A stretch of 64,000 nucleotides of DNA from an uncultured Bacteroidales bacterium (GCA_964531985.1 CAZHFC010000016.1:3900-67899); one strand, 5' to 3'; numbered from the stretch's first letter, positions 10,300 through 20,943 are shown. Translations and numbers: made by a program. The notes: generated from the sequence alone by a model not told the origin.

Positions 10300-11182
10300 A
10301 ACCATCCAGGGTACCGGTGTGGCCCTGATCACGCCCTTTCACAAATACGGAACCGTCGACTTTAGCGCACTTTCGAAACTGGTCAGGCATACACTTGAGG
10401 GTGGGGCCGACTTCCTGGTGGCCCTCGGGACAACCAGCGAAGCGCCCGTGCTCTCGGCAGATGAAAAAAATGCCGTGCTCAATCACATAATAGAGGAAAC
10501 GGAAGCAAAAGTGCCGCTTATTGCAGGCATTGGCGGAAACAATACACAGCAACTGGTCGACACCATCCGTTCTATGGATTTTGAGGGGATCAGCGGCCTG
10601 CTTTCGGTTGCACCCTATTACAATAAACCGCGCCAGAAAGGCTTGTATTTTCATTTTAAGTCCATCGCCGCCGTGAGCCCGGTACCGGTCATCCTGTACA
10701 ATGTGCCGGGGCGCACAGCCTCAAATATCAGTGCAGAAACCTGCCTGAGGCTGGCCAGGGAATTCGATAATATCATAGGGGTGAAAGAAGCGTCGGGGAA
10801 CCTGAACCAGGTGATGCGGATCATCAGGGATAAGCCTGAGGGTTTTTCGGTCTTGTCGGGCGATGACGTGCTTACCTATCCGCTGATGGCCCTCGGTGCT
10901 TCCGGCGTGATCTCCGTTGTGGCCAATGCCTTGCCGGCAGCATTTTCGAAAATGGTCAACTTCATGCTGAATGGGAAATATGCCGAAGCAGCCCCTATAC
11001 ACTATTCATTGCTTGAGATCATGGATGCACTTTTCGAAGACGGCAATCCGGCCGGGATCAAGGCAGCCCTCGATCACATGGGCATTATTAAGAACAATCT
11101 GAGGCTGCCGCTGGTCAAGGCCAATAAGGGCACCTATAACAAGATCGCCAGGCTGATCAACGAGCTCCCTGGCAATATTTGA
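10289..11182 (+). CDS. dapA: 4-hydroxy-tetrahydrodipicolinate synthase
   Basis: Full-length DapA pattern (GTGVALITPF, GTTSEAPVLS, IILYNVPGRT, IIGVKEASGN with the Schiff-base Lys). Confidence 0.95.
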   Translation: MKTKTIQGTGVALITPFHKYGTVDFSALSKLVRHTLEGGADFLVALGTTSEAPVLSADEKNAVLNHIIEETEAKVPLIAGIGGNNTQQLVDTIRSMDFEGISGLLSVAPYYNKPRQKGLYFHFKSIAAVSPVPVILYNVPGRTASNISAETCLRLAREFDNIIGVKEASGNLNQVMRIIRDKPEGFSVLSGDDVLTYPLMALGASGVISVVANALPAAFSKMVNFMLNGKYAEAAPIHYSLLEIMDALFEDGNPAGIKAALDHMGIIKNNLRLPLVKANKGTYNKIARLINELPGNI

Positions 11183-11250
11183 TGGCACAGGGCGGGTTTC
11201 CACGGCAAAATCATATTACCTTTGTAAAGTCCACATTAAACTGCTACGAA

Positions 11251-12933
11251 ATGTTCAAAAGAGTCATTTTTGTCATAATGCTGCTCGCAGGCCTTTTCCA
11301 GTTGCGTGCACAGGATAGCGCGGATCCTTTTTCCGGCAGCCCCGAAGTTTATTTTACCTTCCATGCCGTCGACAGGCAGGAACTTGAGCATCTGACCCGC
11401 ATGGTTTCCATCGATCATGTCAGCGATGATCTGCAGGTTTTTGCCTATGCAAACAGTAAGGAATTTGATGAATTCCTCTCTCTGGGCATGGCATATCGTA
11501 TCCTTCCTCATCCGGGGACACTGATCGAGCCCGAAATGCTTGATGAAGTGAATGTAAGGGGGATTACCGACTGGAATTTCTATCCGACTTTCGATGCCTA
11601 TACAGACATGATGTACCAGTTTGCCGAAGACCATCCCGACCTCTGTGAAGTTTTCAGCATCGGCAATTCATACCAGGGTCGCCCCCTTCTTGTTGCCAGG
11701 ATATCAGACAATGTCGGCGTGGCCGAAGGGGAACCGGAGTTTTTCTATACATCCACCATGCACGGGGATGAAACGACCGGGTATGTGCTCATGCTCCGGT
11801 TGATTAACTATCTTCTTACGGAATACGACAACGACCCGAAGGTCACCATGCTGGTAAACGAACTCGACATCTATATCAATCCCCTGGCCAATCCCGACGG
11901 CACATACAAGGCAGGCAATTCGAATATTTACGGGGCTATCCGCTATAATGCACACAATGTAGACATCAACAGGAATTTTCCCGACCCGGAAGACGGTCCC
12001 CATCCCGACGGCAATGAGTGGCAGATAGAAACCATCCATTTCATGGACTTTGCCGAAACCCGTAACTTCGTGATGAGCGCGAACATCCACGGCGGTGCCG
12101 AAGTATGCAATTATCCGTGGGATACCTGGGCTATACTGGCTGCCGACGACAACTGGTGGATCCATGTTTGCCGGGAATATGCCGATACGGCACATTATTA
12201 TTCCCCCCCGGGATATATGACCGGCTTTAACAACGGCATCACCAATGGTTATCAGTGGTACACCATTTCCGGCGGACGCCAGGACTACATGAACTATTTT
12301 CAGCAGTGCAGGGAATTCACACTTGAAATATCCAACACCAAACTCCTTCCTGCCAGCCAATTACCTGCATTCTGGGATTATAATTACAGGTCGTTCCTGA
12401 ATTATATGGAACAGGCCCTGTATGGGGTGAGGGGCAGGATCACCGACAAATCAACCGGCCAGCCGCTCGAAGCCGAAGTTTATGTGCTGAACCACGAAGC
12501 GGACAGTTCATGGATCTACTCGTCACTTCCCGAAGGGAACTACCACAGGCTGCTGGCTGCCGGAACCTACAACATCCGTTACAGTAAGCCCGGATATCTT
12601 CCGCAGGTATTCGAAAATGTGGTGGTTAACAACCGTCAGCCCACGATCATCGATGTGGAGCTGGTGGATGCGTTTTCGTCCGTTGATGAAATGGATGAAA
12701 GAATGGTTAAAATCTATCCGAATCCCGTTACCGCTGCCTTCATGAAAGTCACATCCGGTTACCCGGCCGATTCATATACCATATGGAATATGTCGGGAGA
12801 AATACTTATGCATGAAGAAACAAAGGGCGAAGAGATCCTTTTTGTTGACGTGAGCGCACTGCCGGCCGGAACCTACATTATAAGCCTGTTGCATGACGGA
12901 AGGCAGATGAAGGGCAGGTTCGTCAGGCGATAA
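11251..12933 (+). CDS. M14 family zinc carboxypeptidase with T9SS C-terminal sorting domain
   Basis: Signal peptide, zinc-binding region FFYTSTMHGDETTG, a later HGG, a carboxypeptidase-regulatory-like domain (GVRGRITD) and a C-terminal YPNP...GTYIISL...GRFVRR sorting domain. Confidence 0.85.
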   Translation: MFKRVIFVIMLLAGLFQLRAQDSADPFSGSPEVYFTFHAVDRQELEHLTRMVSIDHVSDDLQVFAYANSKEFDEFLSLGMAYRILPHPGTLIEPEMLDEVNVRGITDWNFYPTFDAYTDMMYQFAEDHPDLCEVFSIGNSYQGRPLLVARISDNVGVAEGEPEFFYTSTMHGDETTGYVLMLRLINYLLTEYDNDPKVTMLVNELDIYINPLANPDGTYKAGNSNIYGAIRYNAHNVDINRNFPDPEDGPHPDGNEWQIETIHFMDFAETRNFVMSANIHGGAEVCNYPWDTWAILAADDNWWIHVCREYADTAHYYSPPGYMTGFNNGITNGYQWYTISGGRQDYMNYFQQCREFTLEISNTKLLPASQLPAFWDYNYRSFLNYMEQALYGVRGRITDKSTGQPLEAEVYVLNHEADSSWIYSSLPEGNYHRLLAAGTYNIRYSKPGYLPQVFENVVVNNRQPTIIDVELVDAFSSVDEMDERMVKIYPNPVTAAFMKVTSGYPADSYTIWNMSGEILMHEETKGEEILFVDVSALPAGTYIISLLHDGRQMKGRFVRR

Positions 12934-12959
12934 AACCGGATGAATTATCAGAAACGCTT

Positions 12960-14216
12960 CTAACCGAAAGGTATCCCGACAGCCAGCACAAACCTGTACA
13001 ATATGATGAACAGGAGGACAGGCAGGATCAGCCTGATACGCGGGCCGATGCCGATCTGCTCATCTTCAAAATACAGCGCAGGGTAGAAGCGGGAGCTGAT
13101 GATAACGGACAGGATGGTGATGAACATGATATACATCACCGTCATGTCGTAAAGCAGTATCTCGGGAAACATCACGGCACCCACCAGCAGACTGCCTGCC
13201 AGGAAGGGAATGATCAGCTGCGCCCATAAAAAGCTTCCCTGCATCCGTTTTTCGAGATGCGAATAGTAGCTGTTGGCCGAGATCAAAAACGACCTTGCGC
13301 TGAATACCCCCATCAGTATGAGGGCAAGGATGGAGATAATGGAGAATATAACCTTTTCGGTATCGGAGAAATAAGACCAATCGAGGGCATGGCCAAGCCC
13401 TTTTCCAAAGATGCTTCCGGTAAGCAGTGACCCGAAAAAGGCATTGAAACCGTGCAGGGCTCCCCAAAGCAGGAACAGCTTGAACAACCCGCGGCCGGTG
13501 CGTAACTGCGCAAACAATATGGCCATGACCACACCCAATATGCCGCTGATGATGGGCCCCGAAGAAAAGATCATCTTTACGGAATCGCCATACCATTGCT
13601 CCGGCTTGACAAGCCATACCACTTTATGATAATACAGGATTGAATGGTAATTGAAGAACAGGCCTGAAATGACCGATGTGACCAGCCCGATAAAGAATAT
13701 GAACAGGTAGGAGGCAACGAAAAGAAGGGTCGAATGGAGGGCGATGACAACAAATTCATTGATATTTTCCCTGTTTTCGGCGGCATGTTTCAGCAGACGG
13801 GGAAAATGCAGGGGGTTCAGGCCCCTGATAAACCTGAGCGTGTTATTTGCGCAGGCTTTCATAAAGAAACGTAACAGGCGTATCCTTCTTCTTTTGCGGA
13901 ATTTCCGCAATCTACGCGCTTCTTCCCGGAGAAGATCCTTTTCCTGTGCGTGGCTGCCTGCCTCTTCCTTCAGTCTCTGCCTGCGCTCCCTTTCAAGGTT
14001 TTTTTCTTCGGCCCGTTTCAGTTTTTTTCTATTGCGTTCCGCCTGAGTGTCGGCCAGGCGTTTCTTCCTGATCGTTCTTTTTCGCGTCAGCCTTTCTTCC
14101 TTTTCCCTGTTTGCCTCCAGCCGATGTTTAACCGCCCTGCTTTTCCTTATATGGCGGAGGTAACGCAGCCGCCGGTATATGCGGTAGGGGAGGGAATATT
14201 TCTTTCGTGATGCCAT
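12960..14216 (-). CDS. Hypothetical polytopic membrane protein with a highly basic N-terminal region
   Basis: The N-terminal ~130 aa are Arg/Lys/Glu-rich (RKKRLADTQAERNRKKLKRAEEKNLERERRQRLKEE), followed by about 8 predicted TM helices. Start set at the ATG at 14216. Confidence 0.6.
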   Translation of the reverse strand: MASRKKYSLPYRIYRRLRYLRHIRKSRAVKHRLEANREKEERLTRKRTIRKKRLADTQAERNRKKLKRAEEKNLERERRQRLKEEAGSHAQEKDLLREEARRLRKFRKRRRIRLLRFFMKACANNTLRFIRGLNPLHFPRLLKHAAENRENINEFVVIALHSTLLFVASYLFIFFIGLVTSVISGLFFNYHSILYYHKVVWLVKPEQWYGDSVKMIFSSGPIISGILGVVMAILFAQLRTGRGLFKLFLLWGALHGFNAFFGSLLTGSIFGKGLGHALDWSYFSDTEKVIFSIISILALILMGVFSARSFLISANSYYSHLEKRMQGSFLWAQLIIPFLAGSLLVGAVMFPEILLYDMTVMYIMFITILSVIISSRFYPALYFEDEQIGIGPRIRLILPVLLFIILYRFVLAVGIPFG

Positions 14217-14364
14217 GCAGGGGTTACTCCATGGCAAATGTATGAAACGAAAGCGAAAGATCTTTGTCCTGAAGAAAGAAATTCTGATAAAAATCCGGGG
14301 CATCCTCACGCAATGTGAATAATTCCGGAGCCCGTGCCCGGAAAGGAAGTGTTTCAGGTCCTGC

Positions 14365-15615
14365 CTATGTCTTCGAAACAGCTTCCTTCATTTCGCTGCT
14401 GTAAAGGCCCTTGTCGAGCTTTTCCTTTACTTTGGTGAAGGCATCGATGGTATATTCAACATCTTCGAGTGTATGCACCGCCGTTGGGATCAGCCTGAGG
14501 AGGATGATATCCCTTGGCACCACCGGGTATGCCACGATCGAACAAAAGATGTTATAGTTTTCGCGCAGGTCGTATGTGATCTGGGTTGCTTCGGGAACCC
14601 CGCCGCTGAGGATAACCGGTGTTACGGGCGACTGCGTATTACCGAGGTTAAACCCCCTGGAGCGCAGGCCGTCCTGCAGGGCGTTTACGATGGTCCACAA
14701 CTTTTCCCTGTGTTCGGGATTGCTGCGGACCATATCCAGCCGTTTGAGGGCTCCGAACACGATCGGCATGGGTAATGATTTTGCATAGATCTGCGAACGC
14801 ATCATATATTTCAGGTAGCGGATAATGTCTTTGTCGCCGGCAATGAAGCCGCCGATCAGTGCCATGGCCTTGGCAAAGGTGCCGAAGTACAGGTCGACCT
14901 GGTCCTGTACGCCCAGATGTTCGTCGGTACCGGCGCCTGTCGGGCCCATGGTCCCGAACCCGTGTGCATCGTCAACGAGCAGCCTGAATTCATACTTTTC
15001 CTTCAGGGCGCAGATATCTTTCAGCTTGCCGAGGTCGCCCGACATGCCGTAAACGCCTTCTGTGATCACCAGCGTGCCGCCGCCCGTCTGGTCAGTGATT
15101 TTCCTGGCCCTGCCGAGTTCCTTCTCAAGATTGTCGATGTCATTGTGCGGATACACAAATCTTTTCCCGAAATGCAGACGCATGCCGTCAATGATGCATG
15201 CATGCGCTTCACTGTCGTAAACGATCACGTCCTTGCGGTCGACCATGGAATCGATGACGGAGACCATACCCTGGTAGCCGTAATTCAGAAGGTAGGATGA
15301 TTCCCTGCCCACGTATGCTGCAAGTTCCCTTTCGAGCTGTTCGTGGTATTTTGTCTGCCCCGACATCATTCTTGCACCCATGGGATAGGCGAGTCCCCAC
15401 TGTGCGGAAGCCTCCGCATCGGTTTTTCGCACTTCGGGGTGATTCCCCAGTCCGAGGTAGTTGTTCAGGCTCCAGACAAGCCTTTCCTTGCCCATGAACA
15501 ACATTTTGTTCGAAAGTTCCCCTTCAAGTTTCGGGAACATGTAATATCCTTCTGCCTGGTCGCGATATTGCCCCAGGGGGCCGGGTCTGCTGAGCACTTT
15601 TTCAAAAATATCCAC
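14365..15615 (-). CDS. PLP-dependent alpha-oxoamine synthase family enzyme (serine palmitoyltransferase / 8-amino-7-oxononanoate synthase / Kbl-like)
   Basis: Class-II aminotransferase fold motifs: NNYLGLGNHPEV, LLVDDAHGFG, and GTFAKAMA carrying the PLP lysine. Substrate cannot be assigned from sequence alone. Confidence 0.85.
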   Translation of the reverse strand: MDIFEKVLSRPGPLGQYRDQAEGYYMFPKLEGELSNKMLFMGKERLVWSLNNYLGLGNHPEVRKTDAEASAQWGLAYPMGARMMSGQTKYHEQLERELAAYVGRESSYLLNYGYQGMVSVIDSMVDRKDVIVYDSEAHACIIDGMRLHFGKRFVYPHNDIDNLEKELGRARKITDQTGGGTLVITEGVYGMSGDLGKLKDICALKEKYEFRLLVDDAHGFGTMGPTGAGTDEHLGVQDQVDLYFGTFAKAMALIGGFIAGDKDIIRYLKYMMRSQIYAKSLPMPIVFGALKRLDMVRSNPEHREKLWTIVNALQDGLRSRGFNLGNTQSPVTPVILSGGVPEATQITYDLRENYNIFCSIVAYPVVPRDIILLRLIPTAVHTLEDVEYTIDAFTKVKEKLDKGLYSSEMKEAVSKT

Positions 15616-15852
15616 AGTAGTATGTTTTAAGTATTAATTTGGTTTTCTGTTGCAAAAATATGAAACCTTCGCATATTGGCGTATGTAAACAGAACAATAT
15701 TGCAAGAAGTTATCCGCAACACCCGTCAAACCATAAAAATATAAGCATATTATTGATGCCTGGCTGAATTGTTCCCGTTCCTGATCAAGACTATAATAAT
15801 CGCCCGGGAGAAACGTTTTTATTTCTCACTAAAATAGATTACTTTTGCGGCC

Positions 15853-16647
15853 ATGTTAAAAAGCTGGATTATAACGGTATTGACCATAGTTGCGATCTTC
15901 GCTGCTTCCTGTTCAAAGCATTCCCGGATCATGAAAAATCCCGACAATGACGTGAAGTACGAAGCAGCCATAGATTATTACAACAAGGGGGATTATTACA
16001 GGGCTATCCAGCTTTTCGACCAGCTGATTGCCGTTTACAGGGGGACTGAAAAACTTGAAGACCTCAATTATTACTACGCATATTGTCATTATCACCAGGA
16101 AGATTATTTACTGGCCAGTTACTATTTCAAAAGATACGCCCAGAATTTTCCGAACAGCCCCAAAGCCGAAGAGTGCCTTTTTATGAATGCGTATTGTTAC
16201 TATCTTGACTCGCCCAAATACAGCCTTGACCAGACCAACACCTATGAGGCCATCAAGGAAATGCAATTGTTCATCAATTTGTATCCCGATAGCGAACGCA
16301 TACAGGAGTGCAACCTCATCATGGACGAACTGAGGGGCAAACTGGAGAAGAAAGCCACGGAGATTGCCATTCAGTATTTCAAAACAAGGCAATACAAGGC
16401 AGCGATCAGGGCACTGGAGATTGTACTGGAAGAGTTTCCCGACACCAGGAACAGGGAAGACATCTTTTATTACATCATGAAATCATATTATTATTTTGCC
16501 CAGTACAGCATCGACGACAAACAGGCAGAACGCTACCAGCAGGCGGTGGAATTGTACAACGACATTGTTTACCTTTTTCCCGAATCGAAATATATGAAGG
16601 AGTTAAACATCATGCATAAAAATGCCAGGGATAAACTCAACAATTAA
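15853..16647 (+). CDS. bamD: Outer membrane protein assembly factor BamD
   Basis: Lipoprotein signal (FAASCSK) and TPR-like repeats. Size and position immediately upstream of rpoZ-coaBC match the conserved Bacteroidota arrangement. Confidence 0.85.
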   Translation: MLKSWIITVLTIVAIFAASCSKHSRIMKNPDNDVKYEAAIDYYNKGDYYRAIQLFDQLIAVYRGTEKLEDLNYYYAYCHYHQEDYLLASYYFKRYAQNFPNSPKAEECLFMNAYCYYLDSPKYSLDQTNTYEAIKEMQLFINLYPDSERIQECNLIMDELRGKLEKKATEIAIQYFKTRQYKAAIRALEIVLEEFPDTRNREDIFYYIMKSYYYFAQYSIDDKQAERYQQAVELYNDIVYLFPESKYMKELNIMHKNARDKLNN

Positions 16648-16665
16648 CAGAAAAAAAACGAACAG

Positions 16666-17004
16666 ATGGATTATAAAAAAGTAAAAACCGAAACCACTGC
16701 GGTAACCCGCGATAAACACAGGTTTTACGAACAAACCGGCAACATCTACAAGTCGGTGGTGATCATGTCGAAAAGGGCAAACCAGATCGGACTGGAGGTG
16801 AAGGAAGAACTGAACAGGAAGATTGAAGAGTTTGCCACTACTTCCGATAACCTGGAAGAGATCTTTGAAAACAGGGAACAGATTGAGATTGCCAGGTTTT
16901 ACGAACAATTGCCCAAGCCCAGCCTCATCGCCATTCATGAATACCTGAACGAGCAGGTCTATTTCAGGGATCCGCATGATGAGCCCCAGACAGAAACCGT
17001 TTAA
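16666..17004 (+). CDS. rpoZ: DNA-directed RNA polymerase subunit omega (Bacteroidota long form)
   Basis: 112 aa with GNIYKSVVIMSKRANQI and FYEQLPKPSLIAIHEYLNEQVYFRD, matching the Bacteroidota omega pattern I recall. Confidence 0.8.
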   Translation: MDYKKVKTETTAVTRDKHRFYEQTGNIYKSVVIMSKRANQIGLEVKEELNRKIEEFATTSDNLEEIFENREQIEIARFYEQLPKPSLIAIHEYLNEQVYFRDPHDEPQTETV

Positions 17005-17019
17005 TCACAGCCGCTCCGG

Positions 17020-18219
17020 ATGCTGAAAAACAGGAAGATCATCCTTGGGATCACAGGCAGCATCGCCGCCTATAAGATCCCTTTCCTTGTCCGCCTGCTG
17101 ACAAAGGAAGGAGCGGTGGTTCAGGTTGTCATGACGCCTGCCGCCCGGGATTTTGTCACCCCCCTGACACTTTCCACCCTATCGGGGAACCCCGTACTCA
17201 TTGAATCTTTCGACAAGGATGACGGGAGCTGGAACAGTCATGTGGAGCTTGGTTTATGGGCCGATGCCATGCTGATTGCCCCGCTCAGCGCCAACAGCAT
17301 GGCAAAGATGGTCAATGGCATTGCCGACAACCTTTTGCTGACCACTTATCTTTCGGCGCGCTGCCCTGTTTTTTTTGCACCCGCCATGGACCTCGACATG
17401 TTCAATCATCCTTCCACGATTGCCAACGTTAAAAAACTGCAGGAATACGGCAACCATTACATCGCCCCCGCCGAAGGTGAACTTGCCAGCGGCCTTTGCG
17501 GAGCCGGCAGGATGGAGGAACCGGAGAACATACTGAGCATTCTGGAAAAGCATTTTGAAAAGGAATGGGATTTCAGTGGTAAAAATATTCTCGTCACCGC
17601 AGGCCCCACCTATGAAGCCATCGATCCGGTACGTTTTATCGGGAACCGTTCATCGGGACTCATGGGCTTCGCCATTGCCGGTGAATTTGCCGAAAGGGGG
17701 GGGGCAGTCACGCTGGTCGCCGGCCCGTCTTCGCTGCCGCTCGAAAACGAAAATATCAACAGGATCGATGTGGAATCGGCGGAACAGATGTACCAGGCAT
17801 GCATGACACATTTTTCCGCTGCCGATATCGTGGTGATGGCTGCCGCCGTGGCCGACTACAGACCTGAAAAACCCTCCGCCGAAAAGATCAAGAAGTCTGA
17901 AAAACAATTGCAGCTCAGCCTCGTCAAAACACAGGACATCCTGGCCGAAATGGGCCGTTCTAAACGCAAAGACCAGTTTCTGGCCGGCTTTGCACTCGAA
18001 ACACACAGACAGCTCGAATTTGCTGAGAAAAAACTCGAAAATAAAAACCTCGATCTCATCGTTCTGAATTCACCCAAGGACCAGGGCGCCGCCTTTGGTG
18101 TGGAAACCAATAAGGTGACCCTGATCACAAGGGATAAGAAAAAATTTGAATACGAACTTAAACTAAAGTTTGATGTAGCGACTGATATCGTAGATAAGAT
18201 CAAGGAGTTAACCACTTAG
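17020..18219 (+). CDS. coaBC: Bifunctional phosphopantothenoylcysteine decarboxylase / phosphopantothenate-cysteine ligase
   Basis: N-terminal flavoprotein domain (ILGITGSIAAYK, APLSANSMAKMVNGIADN) and a C-terminal CoaB domain (ITAGPTYEAIDPVRFIGNRSSG). Confidence 0.95.
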   Translation: MLKNRKIILGITGSIAAYKIPFLVRLLTKEGAVVQVVMTPAARDFVTPLTLSTLSGNPVLIESFDKDDGSWNSHVELGLWADAMLIAPLSANSMAKMVNGIADNLLLTTYLSARCPVFFAPAMDLDMFNHPSTIANVKKLQEYGNHYIAPAEGELASGLCGAGRMEEPENILSILEKHFEKEWDFSGKNILVTAGPTYEAIDPVRFIGNRSSGLMGFAIAGEFAERGGAVTLVAGPSSLPLENENINRIDVESAEQMYQACMTHFSAADIVVMAAAVADYRPEKPSAEKIKKSEKQLQLSLVKTQDILAEMGRSKRKDQFLAGFALETHRQLEFAEKKLENKNLDLIVLNSPKDQGAAFGVETNKVTLITRDKKKFEYELKLKFDVATDIVDKIKELTT

Positions 18220-18244
18220 AGAATCCTTAAGCAAACCATATTCC

Positions 18245-19141
18245 ATGTACAGGAACATCATCATATCACTTCTTTCCATTATCATCAGCATTCAGGTGCA
18301 TACGCAGGAACTTATGTGCGATGTGCAGATCAATACCCAGCAGGTTGAGGGAACCGACAAGAAGGTATTTGAAACTTTACGCCTTGCGCTTTTTGAATTC
18401 CTGAACAACCGGCAATGGACAAATTACAATTTTGGCATCGAAGAGCGGATCGAGTGTACCATTCTTATAAAGGTCAATAACCGGATCTCAAGCGATGAAT
18501 TCAACGGCGAATTACAGATCGCCCTGAAACGACCCATTCATAATTCTGCCTACAATTCGACAACCTTTAACTATGTTGACAAGGATTTTAAGTTTAAATA
18601 TGTTGAATACCAGCCCCTTGATTATGTCGATAATTCTTATACCAGCAACCTGACTTCGGTATTGGTTTATTATGTTTATATTTTTCTTGGGATGGATTTC
18701 GATTCCTTTACCCTTTTCGGCGGCACACCCTATTTCGAAAAGGCTGAAAGCATTGTAAATGCAGCACAAAGCTCCGGGGAAACGGGGTGGAAATCATTCG
18801 AAAGCCAGCGCAACAGATTCTGGCTGGTCGAAAATTTCCTGAATCCCTCTTACCAGCCCATCCGGAAATTCATGTATGAATACCACCGGCTGGGTCTCGA
18901 CGTGATGTATGAGGATGCATACAAGGGCAGGGCAAACATACTGAAAAGCCTTGAATACCTCGGACAGGTCAAAGACGGATGGCCGAACCTCTACCTGCTC
19001 CAGCTCATTATGGAGGCCAAACGGGATGAATTTGTCAATGTCTTTTCCGAAGGCAGCGCCACCGAAAAAACACGTGCCATCAACCTGCTTAAAAAGATCG
19101 ATCCCGCACAGTCGTCGACCTACGATGCCATTATGAACTAG
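18245..19141 (+). CDS. DUF4835 family protein (some databases label this family T9SS PorD)
   Basis: Signal peptide. Size and position between coaBC and recN match the conserved Bacteroidota neighbourhood. The family assignment is from memory of that synteny, not from a motif. Confidence 0.65.
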   Translation: MYRNIIISLLSIIISIQVHTQELMCDVQINTQQVEGTDKKVFETLRLALFEFLNNRQWTNYNFGIEERIECTILIKVNNRISSDEFNGELQIALKRPIHNSAYNSTTFNYVDKDFKFKYVEYQPLDYVDNSYTSNLTSVLVYYVYIFLGMDFDSFTLFGGTPYFEKAESIVNAAQSSGETGWKSFESQRNRFWLVENFLNPSYQPIRKFMYEYHRLGLDVMYEDAYKGRANILKSLEYLGQVKDGWPNLYLLQLIMEAKRDEFVNVFSEGSATEKTRAINLLKKIDPAQSSTYDAIMN

Positions 19142-19275
19142 AAGATCCGCCCGCCTTTTCCCTCCGGGCACTTTTCTTCCTGCATGCCAGAAATACTGCC
19201 CTGCCTTTTCAAACAGTTTGCATCTTGTTTTTTCAATATATGTATCTTTGCAGGGATACACTGCCTCCATAATAC

Positions 19276-20943
19276 ATGCTCAAACATTTAAGCATAAGCA
19301 ACTACATCCTTATTCCGGAACTGGAACTGGACCTTTCGCCTGGCTTTACGGTAGTGACGGGCGAAACCGGTGCCGGCAAGAGCATCCTCATCGGAGCGCT
19401 TTCACTTATTTTGGGGCGAAGGGCAGATACGGATGTGCTGCTCGATGAGAACAGGAAGTGTATCATTGAAGGTGTGTTTAACATACGGGCTTACGGCCTG
19501 GAAAGTTTTTTTGAAACAAATTCGCTCGATTATGACAATGAATGCCTTTTAAGGCGTGAGATAAGCAGGCAGGGAAAATCAAGGGCTTTTGTCAACGATA
19601 CGCCTGTTACACTGCCCGTGCTCAGAGCGCTTGGCGACATGCTCGTCGACATACACTCCCAGCATGAAACCCTGATGCTGAATGAATCGGGTTTTCAACT
19701 GGCCGTGCTTGACCAGTTTGCCGGCAATACAGCCTTGTTGCAGGATTATGAAAGTTGTTACGGGCAGTACCAGTCAGGCCTGGCCCGGCTTCGCGCGCTC
19801 AGCAGTCAGGAGGAACAAATGCGGGCAGAGGAAGATTTCTTAAGGTTTCAGTACGAGGAGCTGAACAGTGCTGCTTTGAAGGAGGGTGAGCAGGAAGACC
19901 TTGAGGAAGAACACCGGCTGCTTACCCACGCGGAAGAGATCAAAAGCAAGCTGTTTGAAGCCTTACAACACCTGAATGATACTGATACGGGACTTATCGA
20001 CAAGCTACATGCCCTTAAGCAACTTACGGCCAGGATCGCCCCTTTTCAGGCTTCCATTTCCGACCTTCACGGGCGCATCGAAAGCGTGGACATAGAGCTG
20101 AAGGATATTGCCGTCGGACTGGAACACATCGAAGAGCGTATCCTGCTCGACGACAAGCGTCTTGCAGAAGTGGATGGCAGGCTGAATCTCATCAACGGAC
20201 TGCTGCAAAAACACCGTCAGCACGATACGGCATCCCTGCTCGCATTGCGCGACGAATACGGGAGAAAGCTTGCCGGGCTCAGCTCGCTCGACGAAGACAT
20301 CGGGCAGCTCCGGAAAAAGCTGGATGAAGAAAGACAAAAGCTGGAAAAACTTTCCGCAGCGCTTACAAGCAAAAGGCAGGATGCCATCCCGGGGCTCGAA
20401 AAAGGGATGGTTGAAGTGCTGGCCCGCCTGGGTATGGAAAAAGCCGTATTGAATATCCGGCTGGATAATACGGAGGAGTTTACTCCTGCAGGCTGCAACA
20501 GGGTAGAGTTCCTCTTTTCGGCCAACCCGGGCAGCCCGCCTGCCGCCGTGAGCAGGATCGCCTCAGGAGGAGAGCTCTCCCGCCTCATGCTGGCCATCAA
20601 GTCAATGGTGAACAGCAGGAGCCTCCTGCCAACCATCATTCTCGACGAAATCGACATGGGCGTGTCAGGCGATATTGCCGGGAAAGTCGGGAAACTGCTG
20701 AAAAATATGTCGGCCGGCACACAACTTATCGCCATCACCCATCTTCCGCAGATCGCCGGGTCGGCCGGCGTGCACTATAAGGTTTATAAAACCTCATCAG
20801 GCGAACGGACCGTATCGGGCGTAAGCCGATTATCGGAAGAAGAAAGGATTGGAGAAGTGGCAGCCATGCTCAGCAACGAAAAGGTTACAGCATCGGCCAG
20901 GGAAACGGCCCGTGAACTGCTCGGACTGAAAGACCTTTCATGA
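19276..20943 (+). CDS. recN: DNA repair protein RecN
   Basis: Walker A (GETGAGKSIL), a long coiled coil, the SMC signature (ASGGELSRLMLA) and Walker B (TIILDEID). Confidence 0.95.
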   Translation: MLKHLSISNYILIPELELDLSPGFTVVTGETGAGKSILIGALSLILGRRADTDVLLDENRKCIIEGVFNIRAYGLESFFETNSLDYDNECLLRREISRQGKSRAFVNDTPVTLPVLRALGDMLVDIHSQHETLMLNESGFQLAVLDQFAGNTALLQDYESCYGQYQSGLARLRALSSQEEQMRAEEDFLRFQYEELNSAALKEGEQEDLEEEHRLLTHAEEIKSKLFEALQHLNDTDTGLIDKLHALKQLTARIAPFQASISDLHGRIESVDIELKDIAVGLEHIEERILLDDKRLAEVDGRLNLINGLLQKHRQHDTASLLALRDEYGRKLAGLSSLDEDIGQLRKKLDEERQKLEKLSAALTSKRQDAIPGLEKGMVEVLARLGMEKAVLNIRLDNTEEFTPAGCNRVEFLFSANPGSPPAAVSRIASGGELSRLMLAIKSMVNSRSLLPTIILDEIDMGVSGDIAGKVGKLLKNMSAGTQLIAITHLPQIAGSAGVHYKVYKTSSGERTVSGVSRLSEEERIGEVAAMLSNEKVTASARETARELLGLKDLS

